Assembly: GCA_001179505.1 (NCBI GenBank)
Contig: CDMY01000311.1
Coordinates: 62,001-126,000, forward strand
Reading direction: 5' to 3'
Source: Vitrella brassicaformis CCMP3155
Taxonomy: Eukaryota > Protista > Chromerida
DNA length: 64,000 nt
The translations under genes and the position numbers were made by a program. Every line of letters begins with the position of its first letter. The stretch's first letter is position 1. The notes beneath the pieces are model-generated. The model was not told the DNA's origin and ran no database searches. It saw nothing but the letters and a program-made list of their open reading frames with translations. Of this stretch, positions 1 through 12,190 are shown in pieces.

Positions 1-942
1 GACGAGGGACGGGCATTCTGACCAACACACAACACAACACGCCAGACGGGAGGGAATGGGTGTGGCGTAGTGGGGTGGGGGNNNNNNNNNNNNNNNNNNN
101 NNNNNNNNNNNNNNNNNNNNNNNNNNNNNNNNNNNNNNNNNNNNNNNNNNNNNNNNNNNNNNNNNNNNNNNNNNNNNNNNNNNNNNNNNNNNNNNNNNNN
201 NNNNNNNNNNNNNNNNNNNNNNNNNNNNNNNNNNNNNNNNNNNNNNNNNNNNNNNNNNNNNNNNNNNNNNNNNNNNNNNNNNNNNNNNNNNNNNNNNNNN
301 NNNNNNNNNNNNNNNNNNNNNNNNNNNNNNNNNNNNNNNNNNNNNNNNNNNNNNNNNNNNNNNNNNNNNNNNNNNNNNNNNGGGGGGGGGGGGGCATGGT
401 GCCAGGCTGATCTAATCTACCTGGTCTTGGTTGTTGTTTGGGTTGTTTTGCTGCTGCTGCTGCTGCTGTTGTTCCTGTCTCCTGCGCTCTTTTTCCTCCT
501 TTTGCTTCTTGCGGAGCTCCTCCTCGTCCTTGGTCGTCCGTATGGCGTCGTAGATGGCCTGCTCGTCACGCAACGCCTCCAGACGCTCCTGCGGCAACCA
601 CTCCACGAAGTTCTCACGCACTGCAGCCATACGCAAACCCACCACCCCACACGACAGTACACACATAGGAAGGTCCTCATGTGGTGTGTGGTGTGTGGTG
701 TGTGTGTCTTACGGCTATCTTCAGCCAAAGGGTCCTCGGGCTGGAGTGGGTGGAGTCCCCGCGCGACGCGGAAAGTGCGCTGGAGGCGCTCCTTGCGGAA
801 GGGCGTGACGGGGCGGGCCTTCAGGACCTCGACCTCCTTCCTCTTCGACAGACCTTTCAGGTTCTGACCCAACGAACGAACAACCCATCACACGGGCACA
901 CAGACGGAGAGAGATACACACAGAGAGGGTCGAAATGTGCCC

Positions 943-977
<35 letters not shown>

Positions 978-1016
978 CGTGCGTCTGTCTGTTTTTCGCT
1001 GCCTGCCTGCCTCCCT

Positions 1017-1050
<34 letters not shown>

Positions 1051-2997
1051 GTCTCGCTGCTGACATACATACCTCGAAAAGTAGTTTTTTGACTCTGTCG
1101 TCCATGCGCTCGAGGTCGTCTCTGGTGGGCCCCTCCTCGTCAGCAGTCGAGAAGAAGAGCTCCAGTGTGCTGCAGGGGCTGTCGCTGTCGCCGTCGGGCC
1201 TGACGAGCTCGACCATGTGCTGCTCGATCTGCTCCCGCCACTGCCGGTAGCCGTCCACCATTTCCAGCACACCGTGCCAGAACTCCAGCCACTCCTCCAG
1301 TTGGGTCTGACACACAATCCATCCATCCATGGGCTCATTCACGTTGGATGGACGCCACACCACCCACACAGAGACCACTTTTCACCTTTTTCCTTTCGTC
1401 TTCGGTGAGCGCGTCGGCCATTTTGACGACCGCACTGCCCTCCAGCTTGACCTCCTCCTTGGCCAGCACCCCCAGCTGGTCGAGCATCTCCTGCAACTGC
1501 TCGGTGCGGCTCTTGGCACTGGACGACTGTGGCTGCTTGCTATCGTTGATGACCTTCTGGGACAGCCTCCAGGCCGTTTCCTGCGGGTCACGGAGGTTGA
1601 AGCGGCGATACTCTTTGGGCAGGAGGAGCGAGATCTCCTCCAGGTGCTTGTTGACCCTGGTCAGCCACCCGGTCGCTTTCTTGCGGATCTGCTTCTCATT
1701 CTGACATACACACACACATGGAGAGAGGGAGAGAGATTTAGTGGTGGTGGTTGTGTTTGTGGTGGTGGTTGTGGTTGTGGTTGTGGTTGTGTTGTGTTGT
1801 GCTGTGTTGTGTTGTGGTGTGGTGTGGTGCAGACCTTGCGTTGCTTGTCCTCCTTGTTTTTGCCGTTCTTCTTGGCCTTCTTGCCGCCAGACTCAAACAC
1901 CTGACACACACCACACACAGACGGACGGATTGGTACACAGGGTTCCATTCCACGCCACGCTCTCTCCCTCCCTCCCTCCCTCGGTCTCTGTGCTGTGCTG
2001 TGCGCGCGTGTGTGGATGGCATGATGGCCAATATATGTGCTGGATGTGCTTACCTGGACATCTAGGCCCTCCCCCTCCTGGCCCTGCACGTGCTGCTTGT
2101 CCTCGTCGTCAACCTCGTACGCCAGCACAGCTACGTAGTAGATCCCTGGGGGACGGGACACATAACCCAACCACAAACAGCCATACACACCACACAGACA
2201 GGCAGACAGACAGACGGAAAAATTCCCATTCATTTCCCCACTCACTCAGCCCACCAGGTCCGCCCAGCCAGGAAGTGCACTTAGCCGCTCACCTGCCCTC
2301 AGCCTGACAGTGCAGGTCATCGGTTTCCGATTCTTGAGCCTCTGCCGGCGGCCCGTCCCCTCGGTGGCCTCTAAGCCGCCCTCCCCCTCCCCGGACCGCC
2401 CCTCCTCGCCCTCGTCGTCCTCACTCTCACTCTCGGAGCCGCCGTATGACTCGTCGTCCAGCATGTCCAAGTACTTGCCATCCTCCCGGTCCCAATGGCC
2501 CGCCAGCACTTCGAAGACCGTGTCGCGCTGGGACTGCGACTGCTGGGCGGAGGGAGCAGAGGTGGACTCTAGGGTGGATGTGGACGAGTTGGCAGACGGG
2601 GAGACCTGCACACACAACCACACACACACACACACACATAGGCGTGCGTCTGTCTCCCTATCGATGTGTGGGTGCATGTCCGTGTGTTCGTGTGTGCCTG
2701 TGTGCGCACCTTGACGCGTGAGACCTTAAGGTAGTAGCCGAGCCTGTCGTGGTTCTCTCGGTTGTGCTCCCACGCAAAGGTGAGCTCCTCGTCCCAGACC
2801 TCGTCAGCATGGTGGCACCGCTCCCTTCCTGCCTTGTCGCCCAGCTCCGCTTTGCTGTGCCTGCCGACCAGCTGCAGGTCGGTGCACGCGGCAATCTGCC
2901 GCTGACCGGCCCTTTGGTCGCGCGACGCCACATGCGACGAGTACTCCCGTTCGCCGTCCTCCGACCCGCTGTCCGAGTGCCTCACGGACGACGCCAT
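1..2997 (-). CDS. Multi-exon hypothetical protein, acidic and coiled-coil rich; 3' end probably runs off the window
   Basis: ATG at 2997 (MASSVRHSDSGSED). Coding-like exons at ~2725-2997, 2290-2606, 2050-2150, 1833-1900, 1385-1700, 1070-1305, 715-860 and 420-640 are bounded by GT/AG. A likely donor (CAG|GTAGAT) near 420 and an acceptor near 20 suggest it continues leftwards. No family recognised. Confidence 0.65.
82..381. other. Assembly gap (300 N); same-size gaps at 24107-24406, 50381-50680, 60287-60586 and 62806-63105
   Basis: Each gap is exactly 300 N and three are flanked by G runs. These are placeholder sizes, not real distances. Confidence 0.98.
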
Positions 2998-3265
2998 GCG
3001 GCTACCAACGTGCTACGGCAGACTACGACGAGCGGTGGGTGTCGGCTGCGATGCGGCGAGATGCATCCACACACGCCGAGGGCGGTGGATGGGAGATGAT
3101 GCTGATGGGATTGCAGGAGCTGCTGGGCAGCCGAAGGACGCGGACACTGCCGTGCCAAATGCCAAATCACTCACACTCGAGGGAAAGCGATCTCGTCAGC
3201 AAGCTCGCGCCGTTTTTTGGCTCACACATCTCGTCCAGATCTCTGCACCTGCAAAGGAGCTGATC

Positions 3266-6200
3266 ATGAGAATAGACATGCCGAGCAACCGGAGCGAGGC
3301 CTACGAGCTGGCCCTCCCCTTCCGGCCCTTCCTCGGCGGCGACGCCTTTACCGTCTACAGAATGAACTACCGCAACTTCGTAAGCCTTCACGTCACTTGA
3401 GAGAAGAAGGAAACGGCCCGCACCTCTTGCAGTCAACCGCCTCAGGTCCGCCTGCGTGTGTGTGGTGTGTGTTTGCTCATGAAACGCAGCGTCGGGGCTA
3501 CGCCAAGGGCGCGGCAGGCGAGACTGCCGATGTGGCCCGTCAGTCGAGCTACATCAATCTGCAGCACCAGTCGGCCGGCCGGGACCTGCCCGACAAGATC
3601 ATTCACGTCGACTCGGGCGAGAGCCCCGGGGGTGCCAGCCCAGGCGGCCAGTCCTACCTCATGGAGGACACCGAGATGCTCAAGATATCGTCCTTCATAT
3701 CGGTAAGCAGCCGATGGAATAGGATGGGCTGATGGATGGCTGGGATGCATGGCTGGTGCCTGCCGTGTGTACGACGTAAGTGAGTGTGGCTGCCGTGCAT
3801 TGCATTCATTTGTCTGTCTGTCAGGACTTGGACCGGTTTCGCTCGGACTATCGGAACTTCCGCAGGGGACAGTCCAAGGGCGCACAGAGGGAGCTCTCCG
3901 ATGGTACACACACACGTGTTGATTGACCACATGCACACACACGGATCTGAGTGTGTGTGTGTGTGTGTCAGTGACCAAGAACATCACCAGCCAGCACTTG
4001 GCGCTGCTGCCGGTCTCCCAGCTGCGGCAGCTCATCCTGGCGGGGTCTGAGAGCCTCAAGGGCGCCAGCAACTACGAGAAGGACAAGTCGCTCATCGTCA
4101 CCGACGGGGGCTTCCGCGACCGACTGCAGGGCCGCGGATTCAGACCCACCAAATTCCACGTCCATGTGGGTGGGCCGGCAGAGCAGAAAACACCACGCTG
4201 CGCTGCACACGGCACATCTGTCCGTGTTTGTGTGTGTGTGGGTGTTTGCTCTCTCTCTCTCTTTTCTGATTGTCGTCAGTTCGGTGCTGGCAAGTTGGGC
4301 CTCGGTTTGGTGGTGCCGTCGATGGTGGCGAGCAACAAGTCATTCGCCATCATCAACGAGCGGCTCACCAGCTGGTACCTACCCGAGAGGGAGACGAGAA
4401 GCAGACGACAAGAACGGACCAGATCATGTGTTAGGAGGGTTGGGTCGGGTGTGTGGGTGCGTGGGTGCGGTACAGGCAGAGGATCATCGAGGGCTCCGCA
4501 TCGACTGTTAACATCAAAGTCAACGGCACTCACGTCACATCCATGACCGTGTAAGCAACCAACCAACACACAACACACACATGGACCATCCCATCCTCCC
4601 TCCCTGCCCACTTCTCTCTCCTCTCCAGCCTCCGTTCTGGCGACCCCCTGCCCCCCCTCCCTCCCCCCGACGCGCCGCCTCTCCGGCTCTTCGTGGTGTC
4701 CGACGAGGACGCCAAGATCGCCCAGCTCATCTGCATGGCCACATCGTACTCCACCGCACTCGGACCGGCCATCGGGCAGATCGGCACCAAGATCGACGAG
4801 GCCTACAGCGGACAAACACGAGAGGCCGACAGTGGAGGGTTGAAGCCGACGCTGTTTGCGTGCGAGAATGACCACAAAGCGGGTGGGTGAGGTGGGTGGG
4901 GAGCTGATTGATGTGTGTATGTGTGTGTGTGTGTGTGGTGTTTAGTTGATGCGTTGACCGAGCAGCTGCGCGATCATGTGGATGTGGTGCACTGCATGGT
5001 CGACCGCATCTGCACCGGCAGGGACGTCACGGCAGAAGAGGTAAAGGACACACACAAACACACACACACACACACACAGCACACACAACACAAAAGCCGC
5101 CTTAATTACCCTCCCATCCTCCGTGTGTGAATGGAATGTGTGTCTGTGTGTGTCAGATATCTGTGACGACAGAGCCCGACGACGGCGCCATAGTGGTCAT
5201 GACGCCCTCCACCCCGCCCGCATACGCACCCGCATTCGGCGGGTCATGCTTCTCGCTCCCACTCGTGGAGGCTGAGGCCCAATACTTCGCAAATCGGAAG
5301 ATCACCATCGTCAACGGTATGTATCCGTCTGTGTTGCCCTGTGTAATAATATAATGGTCGGCGAACAAACACTGTGCGCCTGTCTCTGTGTGTGTGTGTG
5401 TGTGTGTGTGAAGGCATGCACACGACGTTGGCCTTTATGACTCTGTGCCACGCCCAGCAGGATGGCGATGACGACCCAAGTGAGCCAGAGGCACACCCAC
5501 ACCACACACACACACACAGGCACACACACAGACACACACGCGCGCGCGATGATGTGTGTGTGTTGTGTGTGTTGGTATGTGCAGGGAGTCACGATTTGTT
5601 GACGAGCGCGACGCTGCCCGAGGAGAAGCAGCGAGAGGTGTACGCCTGGGCGGTGGCCAGAGTGCTCATGATTCTCAACCAACACGATAAACACGTCATC
5701 AAGGTCTGTCTGGTCTGTGTGCCAACACACCAGATCGATCAACCCAGCCATAGCATAGATGTTATGTTCAGCATGCGCACGGCGTGTTGGAGGACGAGAA
5801 AGTGGCGCAGATCCTCATCGACTACGCCACACGCACACTGCAAAGGTAGGTACCCACCGCACTCAGTCATCGGTGTGCCGAGTACAGCCAGCCAAGGGTG
5901 TGGTGTGGTGTGGTGTGTGTGCTGTGTCGTGTGTGATGTGATGTGATATATGTGCTGTCGACAGGTTCACGACCATCCCCGACACCACCGGGCGCATCCT
6001 CAGCGGCGGAGTCACCAACCGGTCAGTCAGTCAGGATGCCAGGACTGACGTCAGCCAGGCCAGGCTGGCTGCCCAACACACCCACAATGAGCTGAGCACT
6101 CACATGGGTCGTTGGTGTGGTGGGTGTGTTTGGTGTGGGGGGTGCAGTTGGCAGACTCGTTTGAAGCCGGTGGATCTCTTCCTGATGACCTATGACGTGG

Positions 6201-6430
6201 ACGAAATCCCACTGGGCAAAACTGTCCTGCGGTGTGTACATCACACAATCACACACACAGGCACACACACACACAGTCAGATGGGTGACGTGTTGCCGTG
6301 TGCTGTGGTGGTGTGGGCGCGGCGCCTGTGCAGTTTGTCTGGCCTCAAGGAGACATTTCTGCTCAAGGCCGTCCGACGGCTCGTGGAAAACACATACAGG
6401 TGAGTTGTCGCGCGCACACACACACACAAA

Positions 6431-6463
<33 letters not shown>

Positions 6464-6612
6464 GGGGAGGAAAACGCGACGGATGCGTGTGTGTGTGCTG
6501 CAGGTTTACGGGTTTGTCGGTGGTGCATCGGCAAGCCGAGGGCTCGACGGTGCACAAGAGTGTCCTCAACAACATTCCCGCCAAGGACGCCAACACCGCC
6601 AAAGGCGCGTGA
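3266..6612 (+). CDS. M1PDH: Mannitol-1-phosphate 5-dehydrogenase (algal/protist type) with N-terminal extension
   Basis: Spliced motifs H|FGAGKLGLGL (Rossmann fold; intron between ~4165 and 4280), STALGP, LFACEND, CMVDRI and RKITIVNG|MHT match the mtlD/M1PDH motifs HFGAGNIGRG, TTAVG, IACEN, VDRIV and RKLxxLNxxH. About 12 exons; stop at 6610-6612. Confidence 0.85.
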
Positions 6613-7840
6613 CAGACACGACCCAGCTACGTACCTGCACACAGACAGACACAGAGAGAGGGGAGAGCTAAGCCTACGTTCGTACGTGTGCGTACAACGC
6701 AATCAATGCCGGCCTGCAACGAACGCATCGAGCTACCGTATGCAGTTGGCTCGCTTCATTGTACGTATCCAGACAAACATACCCTACATATGCAGAGAGA
6801 GGTGAGGTGTGAGGTGTGAGAGGGTGAGGGTCCTTCCACCCCATGCCATGCACTTTCTAGAGAGAAGAGAGCTCACATACACACATATGCACGCACGTGG
6901 CGCCATGCCCGTGAGAATCCTCTCTCTGTTCGTGTCTGTCTGTCTGTCTGTATGTCGTTACGCTCTCTTTCTAGACATATCTGAATGCGTGAGCGTCCTG
7001 CCTGACGCATGCATGATTTAAAGTTTTTCCGTGTGTGGGTCGGTCTATGTGTCTATTGTATGTATGTATGTTTGTATGTATGATGGAATCATATAATGCT
7101 TTCTGGGATGGAATATATGGGATTTGTTGAGGTGAATATGATGATGCGATGCTGCATGTGTGTGTAGATAGCATAGCCCAGTCCGGTCCGGTTGGCTCTC
7201 AATGGTGTGTGTGTCTTGGTCATCCTGCTTGCTCTCTGTGTGTGTGTAGATAGCCTAGCCCGGTCCGGTTGGCTCCCAATCAGTGAAGGATGTGTTTGTT
7301 TGTTTGTACGTGTGTTGCGTTGGTCCTGCCTTACCCTACCCTACTACTCGATCCGTTTGCTGCATCTCCCTCAGCAATATGCCGTCGAAGAGATCGGTCC
7401 AGCGGTGCGATGTCAGTTCATCGCTCCGTTGCACCATACTCGTCGGCGGCACATTGGTGGCGGAACAGGCAAGTGGGCGAGAGAATACACACACCTGTAC
7501 AAGGCCGAAATGAACAGAGAGAGGATGGGTGCTGGGTGTGCCGGCCGGCCCGGCTGGTGATTTCTCAATATATTTGACTTTCTGGTGTCTGGTGTGGGCA
7601 ATGCAATGTGTTGTGTGGACGGGACGGACAGACCAGACGTTCGTTACATTTAATGACAGTCAGCACAACACAACACATGTGTGAAAAAATGAGAGGTCAT
7701 CATTCACTCTCTCAGTGCTCCATCTATCGATAGGGGTGGGACCGAAACCGCACATAAACACTCACACAGACAGACAGGCACACGCACACGCCCTCTCCGT
7801 AGGTAGACACACACAACTCCTCGTAAGGAAACCAAAATCA

Positions 7841-8872
7841 TCATCGCAGCGGCGTGTTGAATAGGTTGTCGACGAAGCTGTCGGCCGATGATTCCCCATT
7901 GGAAGCTGTCGGCACTGCACCCACAGCAGTCAGTACAAACAAGACAGACACATTGGGATGATGCTTTGTACCGTGCGGTGCATTGGTGTGCTCCCACTTG
8001 TCTGGTTGGTGTGTTTGACAACCTTGGCCGCCTTGGCCGCCTGACACGACACACAAGCCGAGACATCCATCATACACACGACACACACACATGCCCACCA
8101 TCAATTGCCCGACCTGACCTGCCTCCCTCACTTTGTTGTCACTGCGTCGTTTCTTGGCCTCGGCCTTCTTGGCTGCATTGTGGTGGTTTGTCTGGTGGTG
8201 GTCCTGCTTCATGTTGAGCATCCCGCACACACAGTGGTTGACCGTCTTGCGCAGCCGCGCCGACCCAATGGTCTCGTCGGGCGCATAGCGGAAGAAAAAA
8301 GGCTCGCCGCCCCACCAGCCACGCACCGTCGGATGGCTCTCGTCCTCACTGAGTCGGCCGACCTTCGCAAAAACGATCTGGTCGTACTCGAACTCGCGGC
8401 CCCGGCCACCGCGCTGGCGGCTGGCGGCCGTCTGCTCGTCTGTCATCATGCCGTCTCTCCGTGTGGGTGTGATGTAGATTGCGGTGTCTTGTGGCCAATG
8501 GGGAAGGCCTCTGAGTCGCAGGCAGACGGGCGTGTGGCGGGGCAGCTTGGTGTGAGAGCGCTGCTGGTAAGCCACCCAGGTGCCGTCTGGCGTCATGTAG
8601 ACGATGGTCGGCTTCTCTGTGGCCCTCTGCCAGTCGGCAATGAGCGTGTTGGCCACGACAACTGCACACACAGACAGACAGACAGAGGCACAGACAGACA
8701 GACAGACACAGACAGAGAATCCATGGACAGACACGCAGCACATAACAGTGCTGAGTCGCCGACCGTTGACATTATCTGGCGGAGCGTATGGCAGTGCATC
8801 TTGATTGGTGTAGTAGTTCTGGGGAGGGGCACCGTAGCTGTAGCCGTCAGAATCAAAGTCTTCGGCCTCCAT
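7841..8872 (-). CDS. Hypothetical protein (multi-exon; true start may lie upstream, ~9000-9400)
   Basis: MEAEDFDSDGYSYG follows an acceptor at ~8878. There is a long GC-rich exon at ~8100-8665 (REFEYDQIVFAKVGRL...WWGGEPFFFRY) and a last exon ending FNTPLR* at 7841. Confidence 0.5.
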   Translation of the reverse strand: MEAEDFDSDGYSYGAPPQNYYTNQDALPYAPPDNVNGRRLSTVMCCVSVHGFSVCVCLSVCASVCLSVCAVVVANTLIADWQRATEKPTIVYMTPDGTWVAYQQRSHTKLPRHTPVCLRLRGLPHWPQDTAIYITPTRRDGMMTDEQTAASRQRGGRGREFEYDQIVFAKVGRLSEDESHPTVRGWWGGEPFFFRYAPDETIGSARLRKTVNHCVCGMLNMKQDHHQTNHHNAAKKAEAKKRRSDNKVREAGQVGQLMVGMCVCRVYDGCLGLCVVSGGQGGQGCQTHQPDKWEHTNAPHGTKHHPNVSVLFVLTAVGAVPTASNGESSADSFVDNLFNTPLR

Positions 8873-9494
8873 GACCTGAGGCGGCAGCACAGGACAGCCG
8901 GCGCCTGCCTCGCCGACGGCCACATGCATCCACCCACCCTGTGTGTGCATTCGTAGCTGCTCTACTGCAGATAGATACTGCAGATCTCGTCTGTGCCAAT
9001 GAGGCCCTCACAGCCACGCAGGCACCCCCTCACCACAGGATCCCGGATAACCGAAATCTGGCGGCGCTGCTCGCCAACGAGCTTCTTACTGCCGGCTGCC
9101 TCTGCGCCAGGGCTGCTGCGTGCTGCTGGTGTGTGTAGGGGAAGGCCCATTAAATATGCCACACCGAGGTCCCGATAAGCAGAGTGCTGCATGGATGGAT
9201 CGGAACGGCGGAGTTCCCTCCGAGGCGGAATGAACCATTGCCTTGCAACGTCTGCCTGTGCTTGCCGACAGACAGCTGCGCCGCCCCATCTCCTCATCGC
9301 AGGGGAAGCAGCTGGCCATATTGAGATGCAGGACGACCAAGCCGCTCGACAAACCTGCACGACACACAAGCACAGCACGTGCAACACGGACGAGAGCTCC
9401 CTGCGAGCTAAGCATGCAAGAGGGGGGAGAAGGAGGAGTCCACTGCTGCCCACAGATCCAGGCTTGTGCGCTGCAGTCGTGGCGTTAGCCGTTC

Positions 9495-10423
9495 ATGATG
9501 GAGAGTGAGGGCGATAGGCAACGACGGCTGCAGGGTCGGCCTCCTGACACGCCTCATGACGACGTTCGAGACGGATCAGCTGCTCCTGATGTTCAAGAGG
9601 AGCCTGCCAGAGACGAGAGCAGTGGTGAGACCACACATGGGCTGGGAGAAGATCCGAATGCACTTCACTTCATCAGCTGCTCTGCTTGGGTGTGCTGTGT
9701 CTGCAGGCATGGACGATCCCCCGGTGTCTGGCGCTTCGGAGCCTCCTCCTGCTCCACGGCAGCAAGCAGCAGAGATGGGGTTCGGACGCAAAACAGCGCT
9801 CTGCAAGTGAGCACGGATGACGAGCAGGAAGTGTCCCGTCGGTGACTTGCTGTTGTTTGCGTTGGTCTGTCTGTCAGGTATTGGGCTCCCCATTGGTCCA
9901 AGAATCGCTGCATCTATGGGCGGGACTGCTACTTCGCCCATGGCGAGGACGAGCTGCGACTCCCCACGCACTGTAAGCACGTCCAACAGAGAGAGGCCGC
10001 GCTCCTTCCTTCCTCTCATTTGTCGTCGTTCTCTGTGTGTCCATCTATCTGTTCGTCTGTGTCAGTGCCCAAGACCAAGCTGTGTCCCGTTTTCCTGAAG
10101 ACGGGCGAGTGCAGCAAGGGAAGGTCATGCCCCCTCGCACACGGAGACCAGGTGGGGGAGTGGGGGGGTGCAATCAGTGTGGTGCAGACCGTCATTCGTG
10201 CCTCCCTTGTGTGTCTTCTTCTCTCTCCTGATCTGTCTGTCAGGAGCGTCATGATGTGAGAGAGATGAGCGACGAGCCGTGCCGTTTCTTCTTGGAAGGG
10301 CGGTGCAATCGGGGGTCGATGTGCCGCTACTACCACGACACGGCTGACAAGCCGAAGACTGGCAGGGGCCCCATACTGGGGGACTTCGTGCCGACCGCCT
10401 ATTATCGATCACGGAGACGTTGA
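9495..10423 (+). CDS. CCCH-type zinc finger RNA-binding protein (three fingers)
   Basis: Spliced fingers: KTALCK|YWAPHWSKNRCIYGRDCYFAH, KTKLCPVFLKTGECSKGRSCPLAH and PCRFFLEGRCNRGSMCRYYH. Five exons splice in phase; stop at 10421-10423. Confidence 0.85.
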
Positions 10424-12190
10424 GCAGCTGTACTGTGTACATGCCTGCGGGCGGTGCTGGCTGGGCAGATTACTCTGTCTGCGTCGTGAGTGCGCTGGCT
10501 GCATCGAAGGTGTTGTCCCTCTGGTGGTTTGCGTGAGGTGTGCCGGCTGCGCACAGAGCGCGGTGATGACCCATCGCACTCTGAGCTCTTGTTTGAACAC
10601 CGAACGGAAACGAGCGGAGGGTGCAGTGCAGTGGCAGCGCCTGTGTATGGCAGTTGGAGCAGGCCGGGCCGGGCTGTGTGCAGTGAGTGAAACAGACAGA
10701 CAGACAGACAGACAGACAAGGGGGGTTGTGGGCTGTGTGGTGGGGACACTGTACAGACAGAAGCATGTAGGTTCATGAAATGTTTGTTACAATGGCAGGG
10801 AGGGACATTGATCGATCGATCGGCCGTGTCAGTCGACTCAGTGATGAAATGAATGAATCCTTCACCTTGAGGCACATGGATGGATGAAACACGAAGTAAC
10901 CTTCCTCTCCTCTCTCTCTGAGCGTGTGTGTGTGTGTGTTGATGGACATGGACACCGTCACTGATGCGATGCGGCGACGGGTGGGTGCTGCGGAGTTCAG
11001 AAGAGAATTTGTAGTATAAATCTATGGCTGCAGCTAGGTAGCTAGCTACTTGGCAGCTAGCTACGTGAATGGCGCACATGCAATCAATACACATGGTTTG
11101 ACCATGTTGGTTGATTTGTACGGGTGATGGTTGGTTTGTGCGAGTTGTGCGAGTTGAACGAGTCAGGTCAACACTGTAGGAAAACCATTGATTGATGCTG
11201 TCTGTCGAGAGTCCAATCCAAAGGATAGCAATGGACTGACTGGACGAAGCGCACAAATACTGACTGTCGTGTACACCAACCACAAAGCCCACGTGGGCCC
11301 CAACCTTTGTCTATCTGTCTGTCTGTCTCACCGCACACACTACCGCCCGCCCCCTAACATACACACACTGCCGTCAAGGAGGGACACCCTCCGCTCATTC
11401 GATGACATGGCCCATCCATCATCAATCAGTTCATTCAGGGTGCGATGGTGTCGTCACCGCACTCGCTCTATTCACTCACTGGCCGGGCCGGGTCACGTCA
11501 CTCCCTCACTCAAACCACCCCCCACCCCCCCATCCATCGGTGTGCGCAGTACATTCATTCGTGTGTGTCGGTGCTGTGCTACACACAGATCACATCACAT
11601 CACACCCTGTCATCGTTCCTGTTGAGGTAATCATCGCCGTAGAGCCACTTGCCGAGCCCGCGAGGTTCATGAGCCCCGAAGAGCGTTACCGACCAGTCGT
11701 AGGAACAGAGCAAGCCCACCGCCATCATGAACGTCATTATCCGCCCATAAGGCCTGAAGGAATGAATGGCACAGACTTACAGGCATGTAGGTTCGTTCGC
11801 TTCATTCGTGCAGGCGGGCCGTGTGTAGCGTGTGCAGCGTACGTACGAGTGCACGAGTCCGAAGTGTGTCTTGCCGCTGGCCCTGATCATGTTGGCTGGC
11901 GCATATCCCGACGGACCGCGGGTAAGCTTACCCAACCCCAGTCCCATGGCGATCGACGGGGGGAAGGAAGCCGGCCGAGCCAGCAAAAGAATATACCCAC
12001 CCAAGATCCCCCGTGCGCCCCCTCCTGTGGCGAAATTGACGGGTGGAGTGCCATTGAGCTCGCAAAATCTGCCTAGGGTTCTGCCTGAAACCGCTGCCTG
12101 CCGAAGGGCGACGCTGCGCTGAGGAGTGCTGCAGCTATAGAGTGGTGGGTTCGCTGAGCGAAGAAATTGAGTTGCGTTAGTTTTCTTTCG

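Noticed and set aside
2995-2998. Overlapping CAT/ATG suggesting two genes start on the same bases
   Set aside because: The plus-strand ORF from 2996 reads like leader or intron sequence. The ATG at 3266, downstream of the promoter motif at 3202, is the better M1PDH start.
7158-7280. Imperfect ~45-bp direct repeat (GTGTAGATAGC.TAGCCC.GTCCGGTTGGCTC.CAAT) occurring twice
   Set aside because: Only two copies in a 3' spacer, with no spacer array, terminal repeats or coding potential. It looks like a local duplication, not CRISPR or a transposon.
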